This document shows, piece after piece, positions 27,298-40,600 of a stretch of DNA of 64,000 bases. The DNA comes from Proteromonas lacertae (Eukaryota). A model generated the notes under the pieces. That model did not search any database and was not told where the DNA came from. It saw nothing but the letters and a program-made list of their open reading frames with translations. Positions within the stretch are counted from its first letter, which is position 1, and each line of letters starts with the position of its first letter. The stretch lies in the NCBI GenBank assembly GCA_002245135.1, contig NGBS01000297.1, positions 1-64,000 of the forward strand, read 5' to 3'. Both the position numbers and the translations under genes were made by a program.

Positions 27298-29480
27298 ATG
27301 CAAGATAAGACAAACCGAGATAAATTGAAACAGTATTATGCTTATAGTTATATACAATGATATAGAATTATAAATGATTATCTACAGTCCAGAGGATACA
27401 ATTGCTCAAATACAACACTTGCATACGATACTTCAATAACATCCTATATAAATGATCAATTGAATGACACGTCAGATATAATAGGAGAAGGTTCTGGATT
27501 GATATTAGCCTTTCATTGTAATATTTCAACCTTACAAACACAATATAAAGAGTATTTAGGAATTCAACCAATTTTACAACCAAATTCAAAGCCATACACA
27601 AAATATATAAACAGTCAAATAGTATATATATATAATATATGTAATACAAATTAGTCTAATTTTTCATTTTCACTGTTTGCGTTAATAGTGTTATTAATAT
27701 ACGAATCTGAAGAAAATGATATAGTGACTCAATTCTTTAATGAAAATTGTAAAGATTTTGATATGGATTATGTAGAACATATTGAAGTATTAAAGCGATA
27801 TATGAATAATAAGAAAGATATATCAAAATCAAAATGTCATATTCCTTTAATGAAATCAATACTAAATAAACACATTGAATTACATATTCCTGTAGATTAT
27901 TATAATAAATTAATTGAAGAATTATCTAATAGATCGTTGTTATATCTTCTATATTTAATTGAAAATGTATAATTATATGTAAATTATTATACATTTTTTC
28001 TGTTATAGTGTTTTGAGTTTATATTTATTGATGAATCAGATCAACTAGTAGAAGATTATTTTGATTGTAGTGATTTTCGAATAGAACTGTCTTCTATAAA
28101 TAATGAATTCCAATCACAACCCACTCCTCTTCCACCATCATCATCTTATCCATCTTCAGACATACCTATTCCATTACCATTACAATCAACATCACAACAA
28201 CAACAACAACTTGTTTTTCCTAATTCAATGTCTTCATCTTCACTATCTACATCTTCATCTCCACTTGATCCATTTTCAATATCTCCTATGTTTGTTACTC
28301 CTTCATCACCTTATCCAAATAATATACCAATTCCTCTATCACCTTTTCCAGTAGAACAACAACAACAACAACAACAAACAATAATCAATACTGTAATAGA
28401 AATAAATAAACAATGGGGAGAAATCGAAGATAGTGATAATCCAATACATAATAGCAATAATAATAATCGTACAATTCCATCCATTCCTCATACTTCAATG
28501 TCTTTTCCTTATTCTACTCTAAATTATGTATTTACTTCTCCACAAAATTTAATAACTACAATGAAAATAAGTCATAATAATAAAATGATAATTTGTGGAT
28601 ATGTAAATGGAATAATAGAATACTGGAATAAAATAAATGAATCAAAATCAAATTCTCATAAACTCTATGGTTTAAATTCAACTGTTTTATCAATAGATAT
28701 TGATTATAATAATGAATATATAATAGGAAGTGATGTTTATGGTAGTATAATGATGTGGTCAATCATATCTAATCAATCGATGGCAGTTGTAAAGTATCAG
28801 GGACATACTAGTGCAGTTTTTAGTGTGAAATTTAGTCCAGTGAATTATTATTTTGCTAGTGGAGGACATGATACAACTGTACAAATATGGAGGACTGATA
28901 CATATAATAGTTTGCGATTATTTACAGGTCATCGATGTGAAATATCGTGTTTGGAATGGTTTAATAATGGTGTTTATTTAATCAGTGGAGATTATTCTGG
29001 TGTTATTCGAATATGGGATTCTATAAAAGGGATTTGTACAAGACAATTGTCACTTTGTAGTAGTAGTATTAGAATCAGTTGTATAAGTGTAAGTTTAAAT
29101 GGAAAATACATTAGTTTTGGAAGTATATATTTTATTTATGTTAAATTTATTTTATTATTATTTAGATGATGATAGTGAAATAATAGTATATGAGATAGAA
29201 AAAGGTATTTTTTATAAACAACAGTTACAAGTGAAGAATAAAACAATTAATTCGATTTTACTACTGGAGAATGATAATATATTATTATATTGCACAAATA
29301 ATAGGTTATATATATCTTCCATTACACTAAATTCAGTATATTTATATTATTCTTATTTTATTATAGGATTCTATCAATTTAAATTCAACACAAATCGTTT
29401 CTAACAATTCAAGTCATGTATTTACACTATCATATAACAAAAATCATCATCATATATTATTATGTAGTGTTAATTTTTAA
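27298..29480 (+). CDS. TAF5-like protein (LisH, NTD2-like region, WD40 repeats)
   Basis: IINDYLQSRGY; KYQGHTSAVFSVKFSPVNYYFASGGHDTTVQIW..LRLFTGH; several introns. Confidence 0.7.
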
Positions 29481-29590
29481 TAAAACATTTATATTTTGTT
29501 TTTAATATTGTGTTTTTTATTTGAAAAAATAAATAAATTTAAAAGAGAATTTGAGAAAAAAAGAAGAATAAATTTAATATATTATTAACA

Positions 29591-30307
29591 TCACTTTTTA
29601 TTCTTGTTTTTATTCATATTAGTTGCAGCTGTCTTTCCTCCAGCGTTTTTAGGTTTAAAAGTATATTTATTCATTGGTAGTTCAGGTCCAACATCTTTCA
29701 AACCCAATGTCTTTATTACAAATGCATATCTATTCATATCTGTTCTTCTTAAATAACACATTAATCTTCTTCTTTTGCTTGTCATTCCCTTTAAGCCTCT
29801 AAGTGTATTAAAATCTTTTGGATGAACTTTTAAATGTTCTGTGAGATGTTTAATCTTTGCTGTGAATAATGCAACTATTTTTAAATAATATATATATGTC
29901 TATACTCTGTACTTCTGGTGATCCAGTATCACTATCAAATCTTTTCACCTTTTGAACAAGATCTTCCACTTCATATTTCATTTTCTCATAGTTTGATAGG
30001 CACTGTCCACCTAACGCTCTTTGAAGTTCAGGCGATAAAGAATTATATTGATTTAATGTGAGTCCAAAACGCATTCGTGGAATTTCTGTAGCAGTACTTT
30101 GAATGGGTATATTTTCAGCAGAAGGTGCAGCTACTGCACTTAAAGATCTTGATGGTGTTTGTGAAGCTATAGATTGAGTAGAAAACCAGAATTGTGGTAT
30201 TACTGTTGCATTTGATTTGACTCCCACTTTAGATAGAGCTAGTCCATAATTGTAAAACTAATAAAAAATAATTTGAATTAAAATACCTTAGGCAAAGTCC
30301 TAAACAT
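29591..30307 (-). CDS. MRPS15: Mitochondrial ribosomal protein S15 (uS15m)
   Basis: Presequence MFRTLPK|; DTGSPEVQ|..HLKVHPKD..RGL..KRRRLMCYLRRTD. Confidence 0.85.
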
Positions 30308-30496
30308 CTCAAAATAATTCTCAAGCTTAACTTGAGATTCTTTTCTTTTTATTCATTTTTATAACCTTATAGTAGAAATTTTAACATCACAATCATCACT
30401 TTGTGCTTTTATTTGTATAAACAATAATAAAAGTAAAAAATATTAGTAAATATTACATTATAATAGTAGTTATACTATTAAACAACATATGCTACA

Positions 30497-32080
30497 TTAC
30501 TCCATGTTATGAAGTACAACACTACCAGGAGAAGTCTTTGACGCTTCAGCAGATACCATCATACTCTCTTGAGAATGTAGATTTGAAGAAGAAGGAGGTA
30601 ATTTATTCATATTATCTAAATCATTCAATTCTTTCAATGTCTTCAATCCATTTGGTCCAGTAATACCAGAAGGTCTTGACAAATTCCTACTACCATTCCT
30701 TTTCATTGCAGATTTTGGTTTTTGTACATTCGTTGGAAATGTAAATGGTTTCATTGTAGTAGTTTGTTTACAGGGAGATGATACTAAACCTTCTCCCTTT
30801 TCACTTTGATATGGAGATATTGCTATTTTTTCTATTTTTGTTTCTTCTACTTTATCATCATCATCTTCTTTTTCACCATCTTTTTCATCATCATTTGTTT
30901 CTTCATCCATTCCTACCCAACTTTCAAATGCAAATAGGAATTCTCTGAATGTTACCAACTCTCCAGCTCGTGTATCTAATTCATGAAAACGTTCTTTTGT
31001 TAAGAATTCATTCACTGGATCCACACCTTCACGTTTTTTGTTATTTTTTATTTGTACTTTCTTTCTATAGGCTATTTCTTTTAAATCACTCTTCTTTATC
31101 GCGCCTTGACCTTTCTTATCAAATTGAATATATCCATCTGCGATTAATTCGAATGTTCTTTTTAATTTGGTTCCTTCATCAAATACATCACATTTATCAT
31201 CTAATGGTTGTGGCTATAAATATTATTATTAATAATAATCAAATAAATACTATTTCTGGTAGAATTGTTGCTGATTTGGGTAAATCTATTTATAAAAAAA
31301 TGTTTAAAGATATTAAATACGTGGTATTTCAGATAAACTATGGGATGGACTTCTATATGGCTTATTTTCAGTATCTAACTGATATTGCAACATTTGAGCA
31401 TGATAATTAGCCAAATCTAATTTGGCAGATTCTCTCCTTAAATCAATAGGAGGTGGTTCTTTTAAGGTTGTTATAGGTGCACGCAAGGGGGATGAACTTG
31501 TACGATCTCTTCCTGTTTTACTGAGTTGATATTGTAATCCTTCTTCTTTAGAAGCTGCGTTTCCTGGTACCAACTATATCAACAAAATATATAACACATA
31601 AACTATACATCCAATAAATATATTAGAGATAAAGCGATTAAAAATTCTTTAAATGACAATTTTTGAGTCTTTCTTATATCTGATTCATCAAATATTTGTC
31701 TTAGAACATCTTTTCTTACACCATGTATTCCTAACTCATCCAACGACTCTTGTAATTCATCAAACTCTATTGTATGACTTCCGTCTGTGTCAAAATGATC
31801 AAATGCTTTCCGAATATTCTTAAAACAGTACTACAAATATAAAATCTAATATACGTTTATCATGGGAAATTGAAGTATAATCTTATTAAATGGACTAAAT
31901 AAATAATTAATATTTGTATACGTAATATATCTTGATGATCTTCTATTTACTAGCGCAATATTAATTCTAGAACATTAAAACATTGTCAACATACCGTGTC
32001 ATAATAGCAACAGACACGTAGCTGATTTTTCTTTCATGATTTTCATCTTCTCTTTCGATTTTTGTAACTCCTCCACCCAT
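30497..32080 (-). CDS. EF-hand calcium-binding protein, possibly N-myristoylated
   Basis: MGGVTK; FDHFDTDGSHTIEFDEL; ERFHELDTRAGELVTFREFLFAFESWVG. Confidence 0.75.
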
Positions 32081-32184
32081 CTTTCACAATTTAAACGAAA
32101 AAATAAATATTTTGGTGTAATTTACAGTAATTTTCGGGTAATAATGTTACACTCAAAAAAAACACAATTTAAATACAATATATA

Positions 32185-34255
32185 TTAAAAGCAAGATTTG
32201 ATTTTCTTTGTAGTAAGTAGTTTTACCAATTCCTTTCTTTCTTTTTCAGTATATTGACGAGGCTGAAGTTTATCATCTAAATAATTGTAAACATAAAAGA
32301 AATACATACCTCTCATGCTAGCAAGACTTATATCTTCTATATCATTACAATATTGGAAAATGGATTTTACTATTTTAACCATCTTCTTAAACTGAAATCT
32401 ATTTCTTGATAAACAAATCTGTTTCAAATCTCTTAAACCAGCCAACATATTACAAACACTATCAGAATCACCTTTTCCTAAGTCACATTCATCTAAAGTC
32501 AAAGATGTAAGATTTGGACATTGTAATAATATATTTTGTAATTCTTTAAATGAATTTCTTGTGAAATGAGTTCCAGTAAATTTCAATTCTGTTAAGTATG
32601 GTGTTTTTGAGATATATTCATACAAATCTCTCATTTTAATTGAACTTTGAATATCTAAAGTTGTGATTGATAAAGATGTGACTTCTTCTAGCTTATTATC
32701 GAATAATGGTTTATCTAAAGCTTCATCTTTGAATGTAACTATCAAAAATAAATAAATAACATTATATTTAAATACAACTATGTCTAATATCAACATTAGA
32801 AGTGAATTTCTTCATTGATGTAATAAGTGTATAAACATCATTAAATGACAATGGCAAACCTTCTACATTAAAATATTCAATATAATCATATAAAGGTAAT
32901 AATGAAATAATTTGTCTAACACCAGCTTGTCTTATCTCTTTATTGTTTGAGAAATTCAGTTTTGTTATTCCAATTACTTTTCTTAATTCATTACATATTT
33001 CACAAACACTTTTATCAGACATATTTACATCTTCTAAGTATAATTCTTCAATATTTGGAAATGATTTTATTACTCTTGATAATCTCATTACTCCAATATG
33101 ACCTAATCCATTGTGAGATAAATTCAAATGTTTTAATGTCTTACAAGAGAATAATGTGTCTATTAATAAAACTGATGATTTCTCTTGAATAGAAATATCT
33201 ATTTAATATTATAAATAATATATAATAAAGAATACTTTCTAAATCAATAGATTCTACATATTTCCAATGATTTAATGCTCTTGATAGGAATAGAATTGCT
33301 TGATCTTCTATTGCGTTATTACTAAAATCAAAATGCGTTATATTCTGATGAAGTGTAATTTGATCTGTAAATACTGGAAACATTACTCTATCAAATCCAA
33401 CATCTACATAATAATAATAATAATAATAATGAATAAATCTAATATATACTTTGCATTTGTAAATCTCTCAAACTATTAGTTTTAGCCAATCCTTGTCCAA
33501 TATAATAAGATTCTCTTTGACATATATCATTCACATTATTCATTATTAAACGAGTAAATAATGGTAATGTTGGTATATATTTGAATATCAAATAATAATG
33601 AGCTTTTGATAATTGAGTATTGGATATATTTAACTCTCTTAAATTGGGAATATTGTAAGTTAAATCAAGCCAATCTTTTTCTGTTAAATCTTTTAATGAT
33701 ATGTATGAGATATTGAGATACTGTATATGTTTTAAATCTAATAAAGCATCTGCTAGCGGCTTTATAATCTTAGAAGTACAAATATTTCCTACATTATAAA
33801 TTAATTTAGATTATACTTCCAATATTCAAGTGAGTGAGTTTATCTAAGTCTGATATATTTGGCAAGAAACTAATCATTACATCATCATTCATTGAACATT
33901 CTATTTCATATTATAAAATACTAAAAATACGAAACATTGATAGAATCTCTAAATTCTCACACTCTTTTAAACAAAGAACAAAGTGAGGTAACATTGTTCC
34001 AGATATAATCTGATAGTCCATTTTTAAGCTTATCAAATTTGTGAAATATCGATTGAATGCTAGTCTCAGCTGTTTATAGTTAAGAATGGTTAACATTAGT
34101 GATGGAGCACCTGGCTTAATAATTGCTTTATTTTCTAAGCTTAATTCAGTACATGACTCTTCTTTCTTCTCTTTTAAAATGTTATCTATATATTCAATCC
34201 CTGTACATATAGAAACAGGAGAATCTGGGGTTAAACTATGGTCACTTTCTGACAT
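32185..34255 (-). CDS. RNI-like leucine-rich repeat protein
   Basis: Repeated LxxLxLSxNxI units across ORFs linked by GT-AG introns. Confidence 0.75.
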
Positions 34256-34281
34256 AAAGCAGAGTTACGTTTGTATTAAAA

Positions 34282-36492
34282 ATGGAGGAAGAAGATATAG
34301 AAATCGATATTGCGAATGATAATCAGAGTATACTATTTATTCTATATAATTATACATAGATATAATAATACCAGATGCTACATTTGGTATAATGGCTTAG
34401 ATTATCTTCTTATTTAGCGCAAACAGGTATACCTGCTCTTGACAAAGCACTTGTTGGAAATAAAATAAATGGAGCTGAATATTTAGACATTCACGCATTT
34501 ATAGACGCAGAGAATCCAGAACCAGTTCAACCTGTTTTATCAAGTTTGAATGTTGCTACCTTATCACAATACTTAAAAAATATGCATCATTTAAAGAGTC
34601 TTAACTTAAATCGTATTTTTATTGTAATTATATTCATAATAGATCAGCGTTTTGAAGTTGAAGAAACTGAAATGTTAATGGAAGGTCTTAAACAATGCCA
34701 AGATTTAGAAGAACTCTATTTGAATTGTATATATTGATTTAATTATATCTTATTCAGGTTGTCAGCTTGGTGATGGTGGTGCAAAGCTACTAACAGAGAG
34801 TATATACAAATGGAAGAACCTAAAAGTATTGAATATAAGTCATAATAGCATAAATGTATTTACTTTAACAAAACTATCAGAATCATTGAAATTCACAAAG
34901 AAATTTGAAAAATTGATATTATCAGAGAATAATTTAAACCCTTTACCTATCAATGAAACATTTGAAATATTTGGAAATATTAGAACTGTAAAATATATTG
35001 ATTTGTCAAGTATATTATTATTATTATTATTAATAGATAATCATTTTGATCCAATATCTGCTTGTTCTTTATCAAAAGCATTATCACAGTGTATGTTATT
35101 AGAAGGATTTATATTTAATAATGAATATCTTACTGATGAAATGGGTATATGTGAAGTTATAATAGCTATTTCAAAAATACCAACAATGAAAATGATTAGT
35201 TTTACAAGTATATAACATATATATTAATATTAAATAGATTGTAGAATTAAGTTATCTGTTGTTGATTATGTAGTACCATATTTGGCTAAAATGACATCTT
35301 TAGAATCTGTCAATTTCTCTGATAATCCAATTACTGATACTGGAACAAGGTTATTTATTCGATTCTTCAATCAATTTCAAAATTTGAGTGAATTCTATTA
35401 TGCAAGTATAAATAATATATTTATTTGTATTATCTATAAATAGATACTTCAATAACAAAAGCATCAGCTGCAGCAATAATGAATTTAGCCAAAGAATGTA
35501 AGAAAACTAAAATAATCGATTTATCAAGGAATAATATTGGAGATGAACCATTTGCTGAATTACCATATACCTATTCAGAATATCCATCTTTAGAAAAACT
35601 AATAATTGATAGTATATAAATATAAATTATTATTAACAAATAGGAACAAATATTACAACAGAAACAAATGATGTATTTTCTACAATTATTGCTGATTGGA
35701 GAAACTTCAAATATTTGAGTATGAAAGAAAATCCACTAATAGTAAAAGACAATAATTCATTAATCGAATTAATCAAATCAATAAGATATGCTAAACAAAT
35801 GGATTATTTTAATGTTGGTAATATCACATTATCATTTGAACAAGCATTATGTTTAGGCGAATTACATAAAGATTATCCAAATAAAACCATCATTTTTAAC
35901 TGTATATTTAAATATAAAATCATTAATATTATTTTTGAATAGATGAAACAAGTTGTAAAGTATTAGATAAAATGATACTATCTGGTACATTAAGAGAACA
36001 ACCAAACTTTATACTAGAAAAATACAATTTCGAATCAGAACATACAATTGATTATATAGCATCAGTAATACCAGCGATGAAGAATTTAGCTTCACTCTCT
36101 TTAGCTGGTTGTAATATTAATCCAAATATATTACAATCATTTCAGAAGATAACTAGTTGTTGTAGGAATGTTGCTACATTATCGTTTTCAAATTGTGGAA
36201 TAATGTCACATCAAGTGAATAATATTATTAATATTGTTGGTTTATGTAATAATTTGAGAAATCTTTCACTTTCCCAAAACCATTTATTCTCTAAAGATAT
36301 TAGAAGAATATGTAAAGAGATAATTGTTTATTGTCCAAATTTGGTGAAGATTAACTTCTCTAGAATGACTCGTATTTATTTTAATTATTATTATTAGATC
36401 CTGTTACTGGTGAATCAATCAGTATTAATTGTATAACTAAGTATAAATTGTCAAGATTATCAAAGAAGATAGGAATACAAATTGAATTATAG
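34282..36492 (+). CDS. RNI-like leucine-rich repeat protein, divergent paralog
   Basis: MEEEDIEIDIANDNQ|; LRR exons (LKSLNLN, LEELYLN, LRNLSLSQNHL) with many introns. Confidence 0.75.
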
Positions 36493-36554
36493 AATATAAT
36501 TTTATATTAGTAATTTTTGTTTGTCTTTACATATAAATCTCTTAAATTATATGT

Positions 36555-36570
36555 GGTGCTAAAAAGCACC
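36555..36570 (-). promoter_or_regulatory. Histone mRNA 3' stem-loop
   Basis: AAAACCA-GGTGCT-TTTT-AGCACC-ACAT; 6-bp stem, 4-nt loop, 36 nt after the H2B stop. Confidence 0.9.
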
Positions 36571-36606
36571 TGGTTTTAAACTTCTTTAAAAGTAAATTCA
36601 TTTAAT

Positions 36607-37021
36607 TTACTCTTTCTTTTCGGGAGCAGCTTTACCTGTAGCACTAGTAACTAAACTGTTGTATTTTGTTACAGATTTTGTACCTTCTGATACAGCATGC
36701 TTCGCTAATTCACCTGGTAAAACTAATCTTACAGCACTTTGGATTTCACGACTACTTAAAGTGTGCTTCTTGTTGTATCGACATAATTGACCTGCTTCAC
36801 CACAGATTCTTTCGAATATATCACTTACAAAAGAATTCATTACAGACATTCCTTTCTTTGATATACCACATTCAGGATGGAACTTGTTTCAATACTTTGA
36901 AAATGTAAGATGAATAGGTTTCAATTCTTCTGGCGTGTCTTTTTTTACCATCTTTGTTTGTGGCGACTTTCTTTACATTCTTTACGGCTTTCTTTGATGC
37001 AGCTGCTGGTTCTTGACCCAT
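36607..37021 (-). CDS. H2B: Histone H2B, intronless; one apparent +1 error near 36880
   Basis: [17 protein letters not shown](+1)[52 protein letters not shown]. Confidence 0.95.
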
Positions 37022-37661
37022 GATTGAAGATTTTGAGAGATTAGATGAATATTAAAAATTCAAGAAATAATGGAATGAATGATTTTTAGAAATCATTGAT
37101 CTGAAATATAATTGGATAAAAGCTGATGAAATTATTTTTGATCTTTGACATCTAACATGTGTTGAATGTTTGAAATAGATTTTTGAGTTTATTTCATTAC
37201 ATAGAGTTTATTTCATGCTACTAATTTTAAGAAAGTAAGGTTATAGAGAGTATTGTAGAAACACATCCTACAGTATAGTAATATTCAATCATAAGATAAT
37301 CTTTTAAATCTAGTAATAAAAATCAATCGGTATTTACCAATAATATGAATTATAAGTGTGATGAAGAAGAACAGAGTAAGAATTCTTTACTCATCCCCTA
37401 CGAGTAGTAGAATCACATTTTCCAATACGGTAACTACGAGATAATATTAGTAATAAAATTACATATGTGATAAATATCTGGAGGTAACGAAAAAAGGAAA
37501 AGAAAAAGTGATTATAATCAAAAATCGCAGAAACGATTTGAGTCTAACATTTTTATCGTGTAAAAAATCAGCATTTTTATGTATAGTGACTCAAATTTGT
37601 CTTGATAGCCAAAGAATTAATAACTATTGGATCTTTTTAGATTTTATATCTATTTAAGATT

Positions 37662-40600
37662 ATGAGAGTTATAGCTCTTATTTTGCTCTTAGCTATATGT
37701 ATTTCTTATTATCTATATTGTATACAGGTTATGCTCAAGGACCAAGGTGTACTTACAACAATGGTAATACAGATTTCTCATTCGATGTAAATCAAGATGT
37801 AGAAATAATTCCTTCCTGTTTACCAACACCTACAAATGCAGCTTCTGATCCAGCTTTACCAACTGGTCTGTATTTAGGAAGTGATGGTTCAATTAAAGGT
37901 GCTCCAACATCTGCATTACCAAAAACAACATACACCATCACTTTTACAGGTCCTACAGGTGATACATCCACAACAACAATCTCAATGTCAGTAACTGCTC
38001 CAATTCAATCTTGTACTTATGGTGTTACTGACAGAATTCAAATCCCAATCAACACTTATACAATTATTCAAGGTCCAAAGTGTGATCCACAAGCTACTTC
38101 ATTCGAAAAGCAAACAAACAACATTCCAGCAGGAATGACTTTAGATCCAGTGACTGGTGCAATTAGTGGAACTCCAACAACAACTACAAGAGCTATTACA
38201 ATCGTTGTAACAGCTAAAAACACTGCTGGTTCATTACCAGTATCTGTGAATGTAATTGTAGTTGATAATACTCAATTACCACCTGGTATAATGGCTAGAA
38301 TTTCTCCAAATAAATATGCTGATCCAGATAAAGAAGGTGCAAAATGTCCATCAACTTATGATCCTTACTTATATGATTTTGAAAATGGAAATATGAATCC
38401 AATCACCACTTATTATTTCACAGAATTAAATCACCACTTATTATTTCACAGAATTAAATCATAATTGTGATGGTGATTGTCCTGCTGCTTTTCCTCAACA
38501 GAAATATTTTGTAAGATTTGATGGTATTATTCATGCTCCAGTTACAGGTACTTACTCATTTAGAATTTATGTAGATGATTGTGTTTGGTTGTTCTTAGAT
38601 AATAATTATACTCACCCAGTTGCTGCAATTCCAGCTACTAAAACTGTTGTTATTAGATTTGAAATGACTGAGGGAGATCATGCATTTACTGCATTACTAT
38701 ATCAACTTGATGGTCCTACTCAACTACGTATAGAATGGAAGATATTTTCAGCTGGTATAATGTATTATGAAAATTTAGGTGGTGAATTTATATCTGGTCC
38801 ACAACAACCAGTTCAATTCTTAACTTATCCATCCAGTGATTATATTATTAGAATTCATACAGGTGTAAATATCCAACCAAGTTATGAAGGAAGTCCAACT
38901 GAATGGTTTATTGAACCAGCATTACCAACTGGTTTAACATTTTCTAATGGTAGAATTACAGGTAATCCATCAGTAGAAAAAACATCTACAAAATATAAGA
39001 TTACTGCCAAGAATGGTGTTTCAACAACAACAGCTGATATTTATCTTACAGTTGTAACTTTATCAACAGAAATCTTAAAACCAGGTATTATGGCAAGTTA
39101 TTATTCGTGTAGAAGTACTTCTTATGGTAATGTTGATAGTTGTGAAGGTCAAACATTAATAGCAAAACATGTAGTTGCTGCAATTGATAGAGAAAAATCA
39201 AGTAAAACATTTGATGGTTTAATTTCCAAATATGGAACAAATTTGAAAGTGGTTTATGAAGGTTATATCAATTTCCCAAATTCAGGAACTTATATTTATG
39301 GAACTGATGTGTTAGATGCTGGTAGAGTCAGATTTACAGCTGAAAATTCTCAAGATGTTAGCGAAGTAACAGCTCAAAAAACATGTGGAGAAAAGGAATT
39401 ACAAACTTGTGTTCTTGAAACAAGATCAAGTCAAAAAACATTAGGAACAAGTGAAGGTCCAAGAGCAATTGAATATACCTATTTGAAATCAAATATGAAT
39501 CCATTGAAACAAGTGCAATTATTCTGGTCAGGAGGTCCAAATATGATGGAAAAGAATTATATTCCATCTGATTATTATTATTATTTACCATCTTCATCCT
39601 TATCTTATGGAACTCCAGTAGCTATTTACATGTCTCAAATTCAACTTGATGCAAATAGACCAATTATTTTTATGTCAAACAAAATATATCAATCATTCAG
39701 TATTTATCCAACATTGCCAGCTGGTTTAAGATGTGATTCAAGAACTGGTGTAATCTCAGGAACACCCACAGTTGATTCATCTTACAGAACAAAATATACA
39801 GTAACAGCCACTTCAACTGATAGAACAAGTGTATTAACAGCGACAGTAGAAATTGAAGTAGTAAAATATGTAGCTCCAATTCCAATTGATTATACAGGTA
39901 GAACAATAAATGGAAAAATAGGAGTAGCAATCGAAACTGTTGCGCCAGTAACAGCTCCAACAGGTGTGAATTATTATGTAGAAGGTGGATTACCACTTGG
40001 TTTAAGTGTAGATTCAGCCACAGGTGCAATAAGTGGTGTTCCATTAGAATCAGCTTCAGGAACCATAACAATCTTTGGTCAATCTGATGGTGGTGTTACT
40101 CAAGCATTAGTTCCAATTCAAATTGATTCATGTGAAACAGGTAAATCATTTGTGAGAATGGTATTTACTGGTGGTGCAAATCTTGGAAATGATCCCAAAC
40201 AAGTAATGAAATTAAAAACACTTGATGGAAATGTTGTAATGGAAAGAAGGGATAGTGCATTTGGTACATATGAAATATACCAATGTGTTGATGATAGTCT
40301 TTATCAAGTGACATTAGGTCCAAATGTATATTCAGTTCCAGGTGAATATTGGGTTTATGGTGAAGGAACAAGTATTTACAGATATGGTAAATATATATTG
40401 AATGATAAAGTGAAAGGAAATGATGCTCCAGAAAATGTTGTAGTTCAATTTTCAGTTACTATTGGTTCTTCTTCATCACCTCAAATCGAATATCCAGATG
40501 GTGATGGTGGTGTTTATACTATTCAAAGAGGTATTGGTGCTGTTATATCACCAATTATTAGTTATGCAGCTGATTACTGCTCAATTAATCCAGTTAATCT

